This document shows positions 52,455-61,350 of a DNA stretch of 64,000 nucleotides, piece by piece. Under the pieces are notes generated by a model, which searched no databases, was not told the origin of the DNA, and worked only from the letters and a program-made list of their open reading frames with translations. The DNA is taken from contig CANQYZ010000003.1 of NCBI GenBank assembly GCA_947628215.1, forward strand, positions 14,972 through 78,971, in the 5' to 3' direction. The position numbers were made by a program, and so were the translations under genes. Position 1 is the stretch's first letter, and each line of letters begins with the position of its first letter. The stretch comes from an uncultured Clostridia bacterium. Its GTDB lineage: Bacteria; Bacillota; Clostridia; TANB77; CAG-508.

Positions 52455-53741
52455 ATGAAAAAAGTAGAATATGTAATAGAAACAAAGAAAAATCCTATAA
52501 AAAGAAAAATTATAATTACAGTACTAATAATCGTTTTATTAGTATCTATTTTGCTACTTACAAAATTTGTTATGCAAAAAGTAAATGGCAATAGTGAAAA
52601 TATTGCAAAAGATGGAAATATACAAAATAGTATTTCTAATGAAGTTGTAGAAGAAAAAAGAGATATTTCGATTGAAAGAAATATAAATGTATTAGATATA
52701 AAAAATATTTTAAATGAAAATACTAAAAATGTAGAGACAAAAAGTTTAGTAGTAGATGAAATGGATTTAGATTATAAAACTATATATAGAGAAAATCCAA
52801 ATTTAGCTCAAGGAATGATAAAAACTGTTCAAGAAGGTTTAGATGGAGCTCAGCAAGTAATAGTAGTAAAAACGTATTCCGGAAATGAGTATATAGGAGA
52901 AGAAAGAGTTACAAGTAGAGTAACTAAAGGAACTGTAGATAAGATTGTAGAAATTGGAACAGGAAAAGATACATATTCATATACTGCACAAGTTGGAGAT
53001 ACAGTTTACGTTACTCCTGAGACATTAACACTTAGAAAATTAAATAATACTAAATCTGAAAAAGTATGTACATTAAAGAAAAATACTGCTGTTCAAATAG
53101 TTGAAATAAAAGGGGAATGGCTTAGAGTAAAAGCTGATAAATATGTAGGATATGCTCAAAGTAATTGCTTTGAAGGAAGAGAAAAAGATAATACTCCATT
53201 TAATATAGAACCAGGAAAAGAATATACTAAAGAAGAACTACTTAAATCATTAGATAAAAATATGGATTTAAATAAACCAAGTGGATTTACTCTAGATCAA
53301 TTTAAAAAAGTTTTATCTGGAAATCCAGCAGATACAAAACACGTAATAGAGGACAATGCAAAATATTTCTATTATGCAGAAAAACAATATAATATAAATG
53401 GTATTTATTTAGCATCAATGGCAATTCATGAAGGCGGTTGGGGAAAATCTAGAATTGCACAAGATAAAAAGAATTTATTTGGATATGGAGCTTATGATAG
53501 AAATCCATATGGAGGATCATATAGTTTTGATACATATGCAGAAGGAATTGACTTAGTTGCAAGAGTTTTAGTAAAGCACTATATAAACAAAAAAGGTACT
53601 AAAATTTTTGACGGACAAACTGCTACAGGAAAATATTATAATGGACCAAACTTAAAAGGCGTAAACACTAGATATGCAAGTGATAAAAACTGGGCAAATG
53701 CAATATTTAAATGGATGACTTATTTATATAATAGATTGTAA
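52455..53741 (+). CDS. peptidoglycan hydrolase: TM + G5 + SH3 + N-acetylglucosaminidase
   Basis: G5-like block YKTIYRENPNLAQGMIKTVQEGLDGAQ..., SH3-like EIKGEWLRVKAD, glucosaminidase block MAIHEGGWGKS...NLFGYGAYD. Confidence 0.7.
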   Translation: MKKVEYVIETKKNPIKRKIIITVLIIVLLVSILLLTKFVMQKVNGNSENIAKDGNIQNSISNEVVEEKRDISIERNINVLDIKNILNENTKNVETKSLVVDEMDLDYKTIYRENPNLAQGMIKTVQEGLDGAQQVIVVKTYSGNEYIGEERVTSRVTKGTVDKIVEIGTGKDTYSYTAQVGDTVYVTPETLTLRKLNNTKSEKVCTLKKNTAVQIVEIKGEWLRVKADKYVGYAQSNCFEGREKDNTPFNIEPGKEYTKEELLKSLDKNMDLNKPSGFTLDQFKKVLSGNPADTKHVIEDNAKYFYYAEKQYNINGIYLASMAIHEGGWGKSRIAQDKKNLFGYGAYDRNPYGGSYSFDTYAEGIDLVARVLVKHYINKKGTKIFDGQTATGKYYNGPNLKGVNTRYASDKNWANAIFKWMTYLYNRL

Positions 53742-53895
53742 AAAATTTATTAAAAAGAAATTTAAAATAATGGCACTTAAAAAAATATCAAGTGCCATTA
53801 AAATTTACAAGATTTTATTGATATTTTTTTCAAAGTATTGTATGATAATATATGTATAAAAATAGGCAAAAACCAAAAAAAACGGGGGATAATAA

Positions 53896-54351
53896 ATGAA
53901 AAAATTAGCATATTATTTTACTATAATTTTTACATTAGCAATTGTACTATTTGCTTCTCCAGTAAATGCTACGGAAAATACAGCTGGGGGACAGATGCCT
54001 TCTACACAAATTGCTACTGATAAAAATGTTATGGAAACAGAAAATGCAACAAAATTTTCACAAATGAAAGTCGGATTTAAAGCTAAATTAGCACAATATT
54101 CAGAAAAATATGGCTCAAATGTTTATGGTATGGTTGCTTTAGTATTAGATACAATAAGAATATATAGTATACCATTTTGCTTTGTTGGTATAGCAGTAGG
54201 TGCAATTTACCAATATGTAATAGGTATAAGAAAACTAGATGTAAGAGATAGAGGTTTCAATTTAGTAATAGCTTTTGTAACTACTCTTGTAATATGTCAA
54301 GTTTTACCACTAGTATTTGCAATAATTACTAGAGGATGGGTATTATCTTAA
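53896..54351 (+). CDS. secreted/membrane protein (signal peptide + two TM helices)
   Basis: acggggga RBS; signal ...ASPVNA|TEN; hydrophobic C-terminal half. Confidence 0.4.
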   Translation: MKKLAYYFTIIFTLAIVLFASPVNATENTAGGQMPSTQIATDKNVMETENATKFSQMKVGFKAKLAQYSEKYGSNVYGMVALVLDTIRIYSIPFCFVGIAVGAIYQYVIGIRKLDVRDRGFNLVIAFVTTLVICQVLPLVFAIITRGWVLS

Positions 54352-54378
54352 AAACTACTCAAATTGGAGGTTTAACAG

Positions 54379-57300
54379 ATGAAGATTTTATTTGCAGTAA
54401 GTAATGAAAATATTTCTGATGCAATAGTTAAGAGTTATCAAAAAAATTACAATGAAGCTGTAACATATAAAAATGTATTTTACTTTAATGCAATAATTAA
54501 GGAAATTCAAAGAGATAGAACATATGACAGAATAATTATAAGTGAAGACCTAGAACCATTTGCTAATAATAACTATGATGCAATTGATAAGTTTATTTTT
54601 GAGAGATTAGATTCAATTGCAATGGAGATAAATGATTTTTCAGATAAAAGAATTCCAATTATTTTAATTTGTACAGATAGAAGAACTAAATCAAGTAATA
54701 TGATAAAGAAGATTTATAATAGTGGAATCTTTGATGCAGTAATTGGTTCAGATAGAAAAATAGATAATGTTTGTAAACTTATAAATACACCTAGAACTAA
54801 AGAAGAAGCAGCACAATATTATAAATTAGATGAAGGAACAAATGAAAATAAAACAATAGAAGATGTTAGTGAAGAAGAAGTTCAAAATATTGTAAGTTAT
54901 TATAAAAGATTAGGAAAAAACGAAGAGAGATTTACAGATAGTTTTAATAATATAGCTGCACAATATACAGATGACCAATTAAAAATTATCATAAGATATT
55001 TGCCTATAAATGTTAAAGCAGTTTTAGAGACAGAATGTGCTAAATATCAAGAATTAGTAACATATTCAAATCCTAAAGATGCTGAAAGAGAAAAAAGAGA
55101 AAAAGCAAAACTTATGGAACAAAAGCAAAGAGAAAAAGAAGAGCAAGAAGAACAGCTTAGAATACAAATAGAGCAAAAGAAGAAAGAAGAAGAAAGATTA
55201 AAACAAGAACAGCAAAAATCAGCTTATGTTCCAAATAATAATATAAATGTAAATGCAAGTCAAATGCCAACTCAAAATAATATGCAAGAAACACTTGCAG
55301 TTCAAACACCTCAGCCTATGCAACAAAAACAAAGTATAAATCCATTTGCATCTAAAAATCAAAATAATCAAAAACCTAATAATGCTAATTTAAATTCACT
55401 TGGAATTGATTTAATAGATAGAAAAATGAATAATCCTGGAATTCAAGGAGAAGTCTTGATTCCAAATGCTATAAATACAAGAAAAGCTACTCAAGTATTT
55501 TCTAATGAGGAAATGAATAAAGAGTCTCAAAGAACAATAAGACCTGAGCAAATACCATCAGCTCAAAATGAGCAGCCAAAGGTTCCTCAAACACCTCAAG
55601 CTCCTCAAGAACCTCAAGCACCAATTATAAGAGAAGAGGAAAGAAAAGAAGTAGTAGAAAATAGAGAAAATACAGTAGAACAAGTAAATAATCAAGTAAA
55701 TAATAATGTAGTAAATAATACAAATTCAATTGATGATGAATTTGAAAGTATAGATACTATTAATAACGTAGCAAATAATAATAATAATAATAATAATAAC
55801 GTATCTTCAATAGATAGTAGTTTTGAAAATAGCACAGCTACTCTTCCAGGATTTGAGAATTTAGATACTAATGTACAACCAAATACTGTAGCAAGTCTTG
55901 AAAGTGTGGAAACTACAAGTAATGTACCAAGTGAAGCTGTAGAACCTGTAAAAAGAGGTAGAGGAAGACCAAGAAAGACACCTATTGATGCAGTTCCAAA
56001 GCCAAAAGGAAAGAGAGGAAGACCAAGAAAGAATCCACTTCCAGAAGAAAATACTGCAGTACTTGGAGAAGAAGAAAGTACTGATGTTGAAGTATCAAGA
56101 CCTATACCTGCAGCTGTAGAAAGTAATTCTACAACACTTCCTGGATTTGAAAATGAAAGCATGTCTGAAGATTTTAGTTCTTTTGATACTTTTGAAGTAC
56201 CACAAGATAAAAAGGTAGAACAAGAAGTAGCTTCTAATGTAGAAGAAAAACAAGAAAGTAGCTCTGCTGTTCTTCCAGGATTTGAAGAAGATGATGAATT
56301 TGAAGCTATAGAACAAGTAAATAATAATAATGTAAATACTCAAACTACTACAGGACTTGATGATGATTTTATGAACTTTAATATTAAGCAAGCTCCAGAA
56401 GAAAAAGAAACTCAAAATGTAGTAGAAGAAAATAATAATCAAGATACACAAAGTAATGCAGTTTTACCAGGAATGGATTTTGATGATAATTTAAATGAAT
56501 CTCAAAATCAAGTAGAAAATGTACAAAATACAAATACAAATACTTTATCTGGATTTGATGAATTGGATGAAGTTCCAAATAATGCAAGCCAAAACATAGC
56601 TCCAAATGAAAATATAAATTCAGCTACTACAAATCAAACACCATCTACTGTTCTTCCTGGATTTGAAGAAGATGGAGATGAATTTGAAAACTTAAATAAC
56701 AATATAAATAATGCTGCATCTAACAATTTAAGCAATAATAATATACAAGATTTAAATAACATAGAAGAAATTCCAAATACAGAGCAGACATTAGATAGCA
56801 GTATGTCTCAAATGCAAGACTTTAATACTGAAAATAATGAATTAAATGAAGAACCTACAACTGATAATACTCTTCCAGGATTTGATGAAACTGAAGAGCT
56901 ATCATCTCAAACTGTTGCAACAGCAACACCATACAGAAATAGTGATTTAGAAAGACAAGCTGGAATAGAAAGATTAGAAGAAAAGAGAGTATATTCTACA
57001 GGAACATTAGATAGTGTACTTACAGGAGACAAAAAAATAGTTGCATTTGTTGGAACTAGCAAGAATGGTACATCATTTATTGTTAATAATTTAGCAGTAC
57101 TTTTCTCATCACTTGGAGTAAAAACTGCAATATTAGATATGACTAAAAATAAAAATTCATATTATATTTATACAAATAATGATGAAAATCTAAGACAAAT
57201 TGCTTCAAATTCTATAGACAAGTTAGAAGAGGGATTAGCAGAAGGAATTAAAGCAGATAGAAACTTAGATGTATTTACTGCAATACCAAATGAAGAAAAA

Positions 57301-57879
57301 GATTTCTCAAATGCTGAAGCAATTCTTACTACTTTAGCTAAAAATGAATCTTTAGTATTAATAGATTGCGATTTTGATACACCACTTGGATATTTTGCAA
57401 ATGCAAGTGAAATATATCTTGTTCAATCAATGGATATATTAACAATACAACCACTTACAGCATTCTTAAGAGAACTTAAAACAAATGGTATATTAGACCA
57501 AGAAAAATTAAGAGTTGTTGTAAATAAAGAAATAAAAGTTAGAGGATTAACATCAAAAGTAATAATTGGTGGAATGTCATTTTATAATGATCCTAGTATG
57601 TCATACATGACAGAGTTATTTAATAAAGACAAAATTAAAGCTTGTACATTACCTTTTGAAGATTCAACTTATTCTAAATATTTAGAGACTTTAGTAAATT
57701 GCAATATAAGTTTAAGTGGATATTCAAAGAATTTTATGAACAGCTTAAAAATACTTGGAAATATGGTATATCCACTTCAAAGTAAACAAACTTATGCAAA
57801 AGGACCAGATTATACAAAAAGTAGTACTTTTTCAGATGATATGAATAATACTTTAAATCAGATGAGAAGCAAATATTAA
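54379..57879 (+). CDS. 1166-aa protein: CheY-like pseudo-receiver + ~700-aa disordered linker (AT-hooks, LPGF repeats) + degenerate ParA/MinD (TadZ/CpaE-like) domain
   Basis: N-terminus MKILFAVSNENISD...RIIISEDL...IPIILICTD. C-terminus KKIVAFVGTSKNGTSFIVNNLA...LVLIDCDFD, with Walker A lacking the Lys. Confidence 0.6.
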   Translation: MKILFAVSNENISDAIVKSYQKNYNEAVTYKNVFYFNAIIKEIQRDRTYDRIIISEDLEPFANNNYDAIDKFIFERLDSIAMEINDFSDKRIPIILICTDRRTKSSNMIKKIYNSGIFDAVIGSDRKIDNVCKLINTPRTKEEAAQYYKLDEGTNENKTIEDVSEEEVQNIVSYYKRLGKNEERFTDSFNNIAAQYTDDQLKIIIRYLPINVKAVLETECAKYQELVTYSNPKDAEREKREKAKLMEQKQREKEEQEEQLRIQIEQKKKEEERLKQEQQKSAYVPNNNINVNASQMPTQNNMQETLAVQTPQPMQQKQSINPFASKNQNNQKPNNANLNSLGIDLIDRKMNNPGIQGEVLIPNAINTRKATQVFSNEEMNKESQRTIRPEQIPSAQNEQPKVPQTPQAPQEPQAPIIREEERKEVVENRENTVEQVNNQVNNNVVNNTNSIDDEFESIDTINNVANNNNNNNNNVSSIDSSFENSTATLPGFENLDTNVQPNTVASLESVETTSNVPSEAVEPVKRGRGRPRKTPIDAVPKPKGKRGRPRKNPLPEENTAVLGEEESTDVEVSRPIPAAVESNSTTLPGFENESMSEDFSSFDTFEVPQDKKVEQEVASNVEEKQESSSAVLPGFEEDDEFEAIEQVNNNNVNTQTTTGLDDDFMNFNIKQAPEEKETQNVVEENNNQDTQSNAVLPGMDFDDNLNESQNQVENVQNTNTNTLSGFDELDEVPNNASQNIAPNENINSATTNQTPSTVLPGFEEDGDEFENLNNNINNAASNNLSNNNIQDLNNIEEIPNTEQTLDSSMSQMQDFNTENNELNEEPTTDNTLPGFDETEELSSQTVATATPYRNSDLERQAGIERLEEKRVYSTGTLDSVLTGDKKIVAFVGTSKNGTSFIVNNLAVLFSSLGVKTAILDMTKNKNSYYIYTNNDENLRQIASNSIDKLEEGLAEGIKADRNLDVFTAIPNEEKDFSNAEAILTTLAKNESLVLIDCDFDTPLGYFANASEIYLVQSMDILTIQPLTAFLRELKTNGILDQEKLRVVVNKEIKVRGLTSKVIIGGMSFYNDPSMSYMTELFNKDKIKACTLPFEDSTYSKYLETLVNCNISLSGYSKNFMNSLKILGNMVYPLQSKQTYAKGPDYTKSSTFSDDMNNTLNQMRSKY
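55774..55797 (+). repeat. (AAT)8 microsatellite encoding poly-Asn inside CDS 54379-57879
   Basis: Read directly. Confidence 0.9.
55843..56886 (+). repeat. array of seven short peptide motifs (T/V)LPGF(E/D) (two degenerate: LPGMD, LSGFD) separated by N/Q/E-rich spacers
   Basis: cttccaggatttga-type DNA recurs at about 55843, 56138, 56272, 56465, 56550, 56651 and 56872. Confidence 0.8.
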
Positions 57880-57904
57880 AATATAGATAAAGAGGTGAAT
57901 TATC

Positions 57905-58987
57905 TTGGCTTTAATACCTATAGTGATATTGGTAGCAATAGTTGCAATTTTAATTTTTTATAATATTGATATAAAAAATAAATTGAATACATTTAATAAT
58001 ATTTCTAAAAAAATAAATAATTTGAATGTATTACAAAGTTTTATGGATATAACTGGTGAAGATATTTCCGTAGACGAAAAAATAAAAAAAGTTAATGATG
58101 TTTTAATTGAAAAATTTGAGATTAAATATTCAACTATTGTAGTATTCAATGGAGCAGAATATATATTAAAAGCCTCAAACACAGATCAAAAATATTGGCC
58201 AAATTTAACGAACTTGCATATGGAAGAAGTATTTAAAGAAAGTATAACAAATGCAGTTCCAAAATATATAACAGTAGATCAAGAAGGAGAAAAACTTCCT
58301 TATCAAAAATTAGATTTTGGTAGAGCAAAATCAGCAATGTTTTTCCCTCTTTATATTGACAATGTATATATCGGATACTGGATTATAGAAAGTTCAGTAA
58401 TGCATGCTTTTGATAAAGTAGATACAACACTTCTTGAAGTTATAAAAGATGATATAGTAGCATTAGTAAAAACAGTTTCATATCAAGAAGCAATGGAAAG
58501 TATAGTAAGAGTAGATCAATTTACAGGACTTTACTCTGCAGAGTATTTATATGGACAAGCTAAAGCTAAGATAGATTCAGCTACTACTTCAACAGTGTGT
58601 ATGTTTAGAATAGCAAATCTAGAAAAAATAAATGATGATTATGGAAGAAATACAGGAAATAATATTGTAATTGCTGTTGCAAACTGGGTAAAAACTTGTA
58701 TTACTTCAGATCAAGTATTTGTAAGATATATGGGTCCAAAATTTGCAATTGTATATGTTGGACAGGATAATGATTCTGTAGTTGAAAGTTTAAAAGAATT
58801 GAGAGAAGATTTAGAGAGTATAGAAATTGAATCTTCAATTCCAGGTACAAAAGATTATGCAAAGCCTTTAATAAATTTTGTACTTTCTACATATTATAAA
58901 GGTACTGGAATTGAAAAAGTAACAGCTAAACTTGAAGAATATCTAGATAAAGCAGATAAAACAGAACATAATATTAATTTTATATAA
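57905..58987 (+). CDS. membrane-anchored sensor with degenerate GGDEF domain (MGPKF in place of GGDEF)
   Basis: DQFTGLYSAEYL, NLEKINDDYGRNTGNNIVIAVA, VRYMGPKFAIVYV; TTG start with agaggtg RBS. Confidence 0.6.
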   Translation: MALIPIVILVAIVAILIFYNIDIKNKLNTFNNISKKINNLNVLQSFMDITGEDISVDEKIKKVNDVLIEKFEIKYSTIVVFNGAEYILKASNTDQKYWPNLTNLHMEEVFKESITNAVPKYITVDQEGEKLPYQKLDFGRAKSAMFFPLYIDNVYIGYWIIESSVMHAFDKVDTTLLEVIKDDIVALVKTVSYQEAMESIVRVDQFTGLYSAEYLYGQAKAKIDSATTSTVCMFRIANLEKINDDYGRNTGNNIVIAVANWVKTCITSDQVFVRYMGPKFAIVYVGQDNDSVVESLKELREDLESIEIESSIPGTKDYAKPLINFVLSTYYKGTGIEKVTAKLEEYLDKADKTEHNINFI

Positions 58988-59007
58988 AAGTAGAGGAGTG
59001 AAATAAT

Positions 59008-59265
59008 ATGGATGATTTTGATAAGACGATGAAATTTAACGTTGAAAAAGAAGAAAATACAAAGACTAAAGAAATCATGAAAGAAGTTTATGAAGCTTTA
59101 GTTGAGAAAGGATATAATCCTATTAACCAAATAGTTGGATATGTTTTATCAGGAGATCCAACTTATATAACAAGTCACAAGAATGCAAGAAATCTAATAA
59201 GATCTGTTGAAAGAGATGAATTATTAGAAAAAATGCTAAGAAATTATATAGGATTAGATGAGTAA
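59008..59265 (+). CDS. ireB: IreB family regulatory phosphoprotein (UPF0297)
   Basis: [32 protein letters not shown]. Confidence 0.8.
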   Translation: MDDFDKTMKFNVEKEENTKTKEIMKEVYEALVEKGYNPINQIVGYVLSGDPTYITSHKNARNLIRSVERDELLEKMLRNYIGLDE

Positions 59266-59687
59266 TGAATAAAAGAATTTTAGGAATTGATTACGGAGAT
59301 GCAAGAGTTGGCCTTGCAATATCAGATGCTTTAGGAATTACTGCACAGGGATTAGAGACTGTTCATTTTGATGGTAATGATAAAATACTTCTTAAAAGAT
59401 TAGATGAACTTATGGAAGAATATGATATTGGGACTATTGTAGTTGGAATGCCATATAATTTAAATGGAACAGCATCTCAAAGAGTAGATGCTACAAATAA
59501 ATTTATTCATAAATTAAAATGTAAGTATAATAAAATTACAATTGATACTATGGATGAAAGACTAACTACTGTAGAAGCTCATAGGACAATGAATGATCTA
59601 AATATAAATCCAAGAAATAAAAAAAATCTAGTAGATACTATATCTGCTGTATATATTTTAGAAATGTATATGAATAAAATAAAATAA
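59265..59687 (+). CDS. ruvX: Holliday junction resolvase-like RuvX/YqgF
   Basis: ILGIDYGDARVGLAISD, VVGMPYNLNGT, DERLTT.EA. Confidence 0.85.
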   Translation: MNKRILGIDYGDARVGLAISDALGITAQGLETVHFDGNDKILLKRLDELMEEYDIGTIVVGMPYNLNGTASQRVDATNKFIHKLKCKYNKITIDTMDERLTTVEAHRTMNDLNINPRNKKNLVDTISAVYILEMYMNKIK

Positions 59688-59798
59688 AATTATTTTATTG
59701 CATTATTGTATATTTTAGTATATATTATATACAATAATAGTTAAGAAATTGATATTAAATTTAAAGTTTGATTATAAATCGAAAGGAGAAATTAAAAA

Positions 59799-60119
59799 AT
59801 GGATGAAAATAAGGATGATTTAGAACTAAATGAAGATATAAATAACATAATAGTTTTAAATGATGAAAACGGTGATGAAGTTCAATTTGAATTTTTAGAT
59901 TTAGTAGAATATGAACAAGAAGAATATGTAATTCTACTTCCAGTAACAGCTGAAGGAGAAGAAGATTTAGGAGAAGTTGTTATATTAAAAGTAGAAGAAA
60001 CAGAAAATGAAGAAGAAGAGTCATACGTAAGTGTTGATGATGAAGAAACACTAAATCAAGTATTTGAGATATTCAAAGAGAAATTTAAAGATGAATTTAA
60101 CTTTGTAGATGAAGACTAA
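59799..60119 (+). CDS. DUF1292 (UPF0473) protein
   Basis: DENGDEVQFEFLDLVEYEQEEYVILLP; follows ruvX as in many Firmicutes. Confidence 0.7.
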   Translation: MDENKDDLELNEDINNIIVLNDENGDEVQFEFLDLVEYEQEEYVILLPVTAEGEEDLGEVVILKVEETENEEEESYVSVDDEETLNQVFEIFKEKFKDEFNFVDED

Positions 60120-60200
60120 TTAAAATGAAAAGGCATGATTTATCTATATCTATGCCTTTTATTATTGAAAAAATAAATTTTTATTTTTAACTAAAAGGAG

Positions 60201-60680
60201 ATGAAGATATCTATGATTAGCATGATAAGTTATCTTTTGACTTTTCTAACATTAATGTTTTGGGCATTTAGACTTATAGTAGCTTATTGCTTTTCAATGC
60301 AGATTGATATAGGATTTGAACCATTAAATATTGGTGTAGAAATAGCATTATTATTTGCATCAGTTCCATGTATTATTTTAATGATTAGAAGAAATCTTCT
60401 TGCAACATTTATATATGCTATGATGTATTGGTTATATTTTGGAACAGATTTAATAATTACAATTACTGCAATGGTAAATGGAGAGGCTATAACAGATTTT
60501 TCTACTGCAATTGCATCTTTTGTTGGAGTTGGAATACCAGTATTTAATTTAATAGATGTATACATAAATAAAAATAGAGTTGGAAAATCAGGAGACAGAA
60601 AGACAGATTGGTTTTATAAAAATAAAGATTATGATAGACAATTTGATGAAAGAGCAGATAGAAATAATTATAGGATGTAA
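60201..60680 (+). CDS. polytopic membrane protein; start uncertain
   Basis: Four TM helices and a charged tail. Confidence 0.4.
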   Translation: MKISMISMISYLLTFLTLMFWAFRLIVAYCFSMQIDIGFEPLNIGVEIALLFASVPCIILMIRRNLLATFIYAMMYWLYFGTDLIITITAMVNGEAITDFSTAIASFVGVGIPVFNLIDVYINKNRVGKSGDRKTDWFYKNKDYDRQFDERADRNNYRM

Positions 60681-60738
60681 AAAAATTAATATAATAAAAG
60701 CACAAAGACATATGTTTTTGTGTTTTTATTTGCATAAA

Positions 60739-60767
60739 TTGACTATGTTTACATAATATGGTATAAT
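60739..60767 (+). promoter_or_regulatory. near-consensus sigma-A promoter (TTGACT, 17 nt, TGgTATAAT) driving the G+C-rich ORF
   Basis: Read directly. Confidence 0.55.
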
Positions 60768-60836
60768 GAGATGAGTGGAAAATTTTTTTAGCTAATCCAC
60801 ATGGAAACCCTTATTAAACTACAGGAGGAAAAAAAC

Positions 60837-61208
60837 ATGAGCAACTTGATTTTCAAGGGGAGTTCCAAGACCCAGGCGATGATGTGTTTCGATGACGGAA
60901 GTGGTCGCACTTTCTACGTGCGCTTCTATGCCGAGGAGCTTGAGAAGGAGATGGATTACATCCAGAGCTTCTACAAGGCAAGACCGGAAATGGGACTTGA
61001 AATCACCAAGATGGGCGACTTTTACAGAATTCACGCCGAAGGGAACGTGACCGCAAACAGCACGGGACCCTGGGAGATTCTGATGCACAAGTACTGGGCA
61101 CTGTCTAACACCTATATCAAGGAAGAGGAGACTGGCTTTAAGTACTGCATGGTCAGATTCTCTGATAGCGAAATTTATGAGGCCGAGCCCATCAGAATCG
61201 CTGGATAA
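60837..61208 (+). CDS. 123-aa ORFan in the most G+C-rich cassette (~50% over the first 100 nt by hand count)
   Basis: acaggagga RBS and a C7/G7-stem terminator downstream. No in-frame CGG; Arg codons are CGC and AGA. Confidence 0.45.
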   Translation: MSNLIFKGSSKTQAMMCFDDGSGRTFYVRFYAEELEKEMDYIQSFYKARPEMGLEITKMGDFYRIHAEGNVTANSTGPWEILMHKYWALSNTYIKEEETGFKYCMVRFSDSEIYEAEPIRIAG

Positions 61209-61257
61209 GGGAAAAGCAAAGCGGCAATTTCGCAAAATAATTTTAGGCCGCTACATT

Positions 61258-61291
61258 CCCCCCACCACTCTAGGTGGGGGGAAAACTTTTT
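61258..61291 (+). terminator. intrinsic terminator of the G+C-rich ORF
   Basis: ccccccacc-actcta-ggtgggggg followed by aaaacttttt. Confidence 0.7.
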
Positions 61292-61350
61292 ATATTTTAA
61301 TTTATGATAATTTATGGTAAAATTAATTATCGTATATTGGAGGAAAACAA

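Noticed and set aside
55774-55797. Tandem or low-complexity repeats as a possible CRISPR array or phase-variation switch
   Set aside because: (AAT)8 is in-frame poly-Asn inside a disordered linker, and unit changes keep the reading frame. No repeat-spacer architecture exists anywhere in the window.
60819-61235. 138-aa minus-strand ORF overlapping the G+C-rich ORF
   Set aside because: It is a by-product of the higher G+C content (few stop codons). It has no RBS, and the plus-strand ORF has a promoter, RBS and terminator in the right places.
5100-61291. G+C-richer cassettes as classical mobile elements (IS, MITE or integron cassettes)
   Set aside because: I found no transposase, integrase, terminal inverted repeats, target-site duplications or attC-like sites at their borders. 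They are reported only as compositional anomalies.
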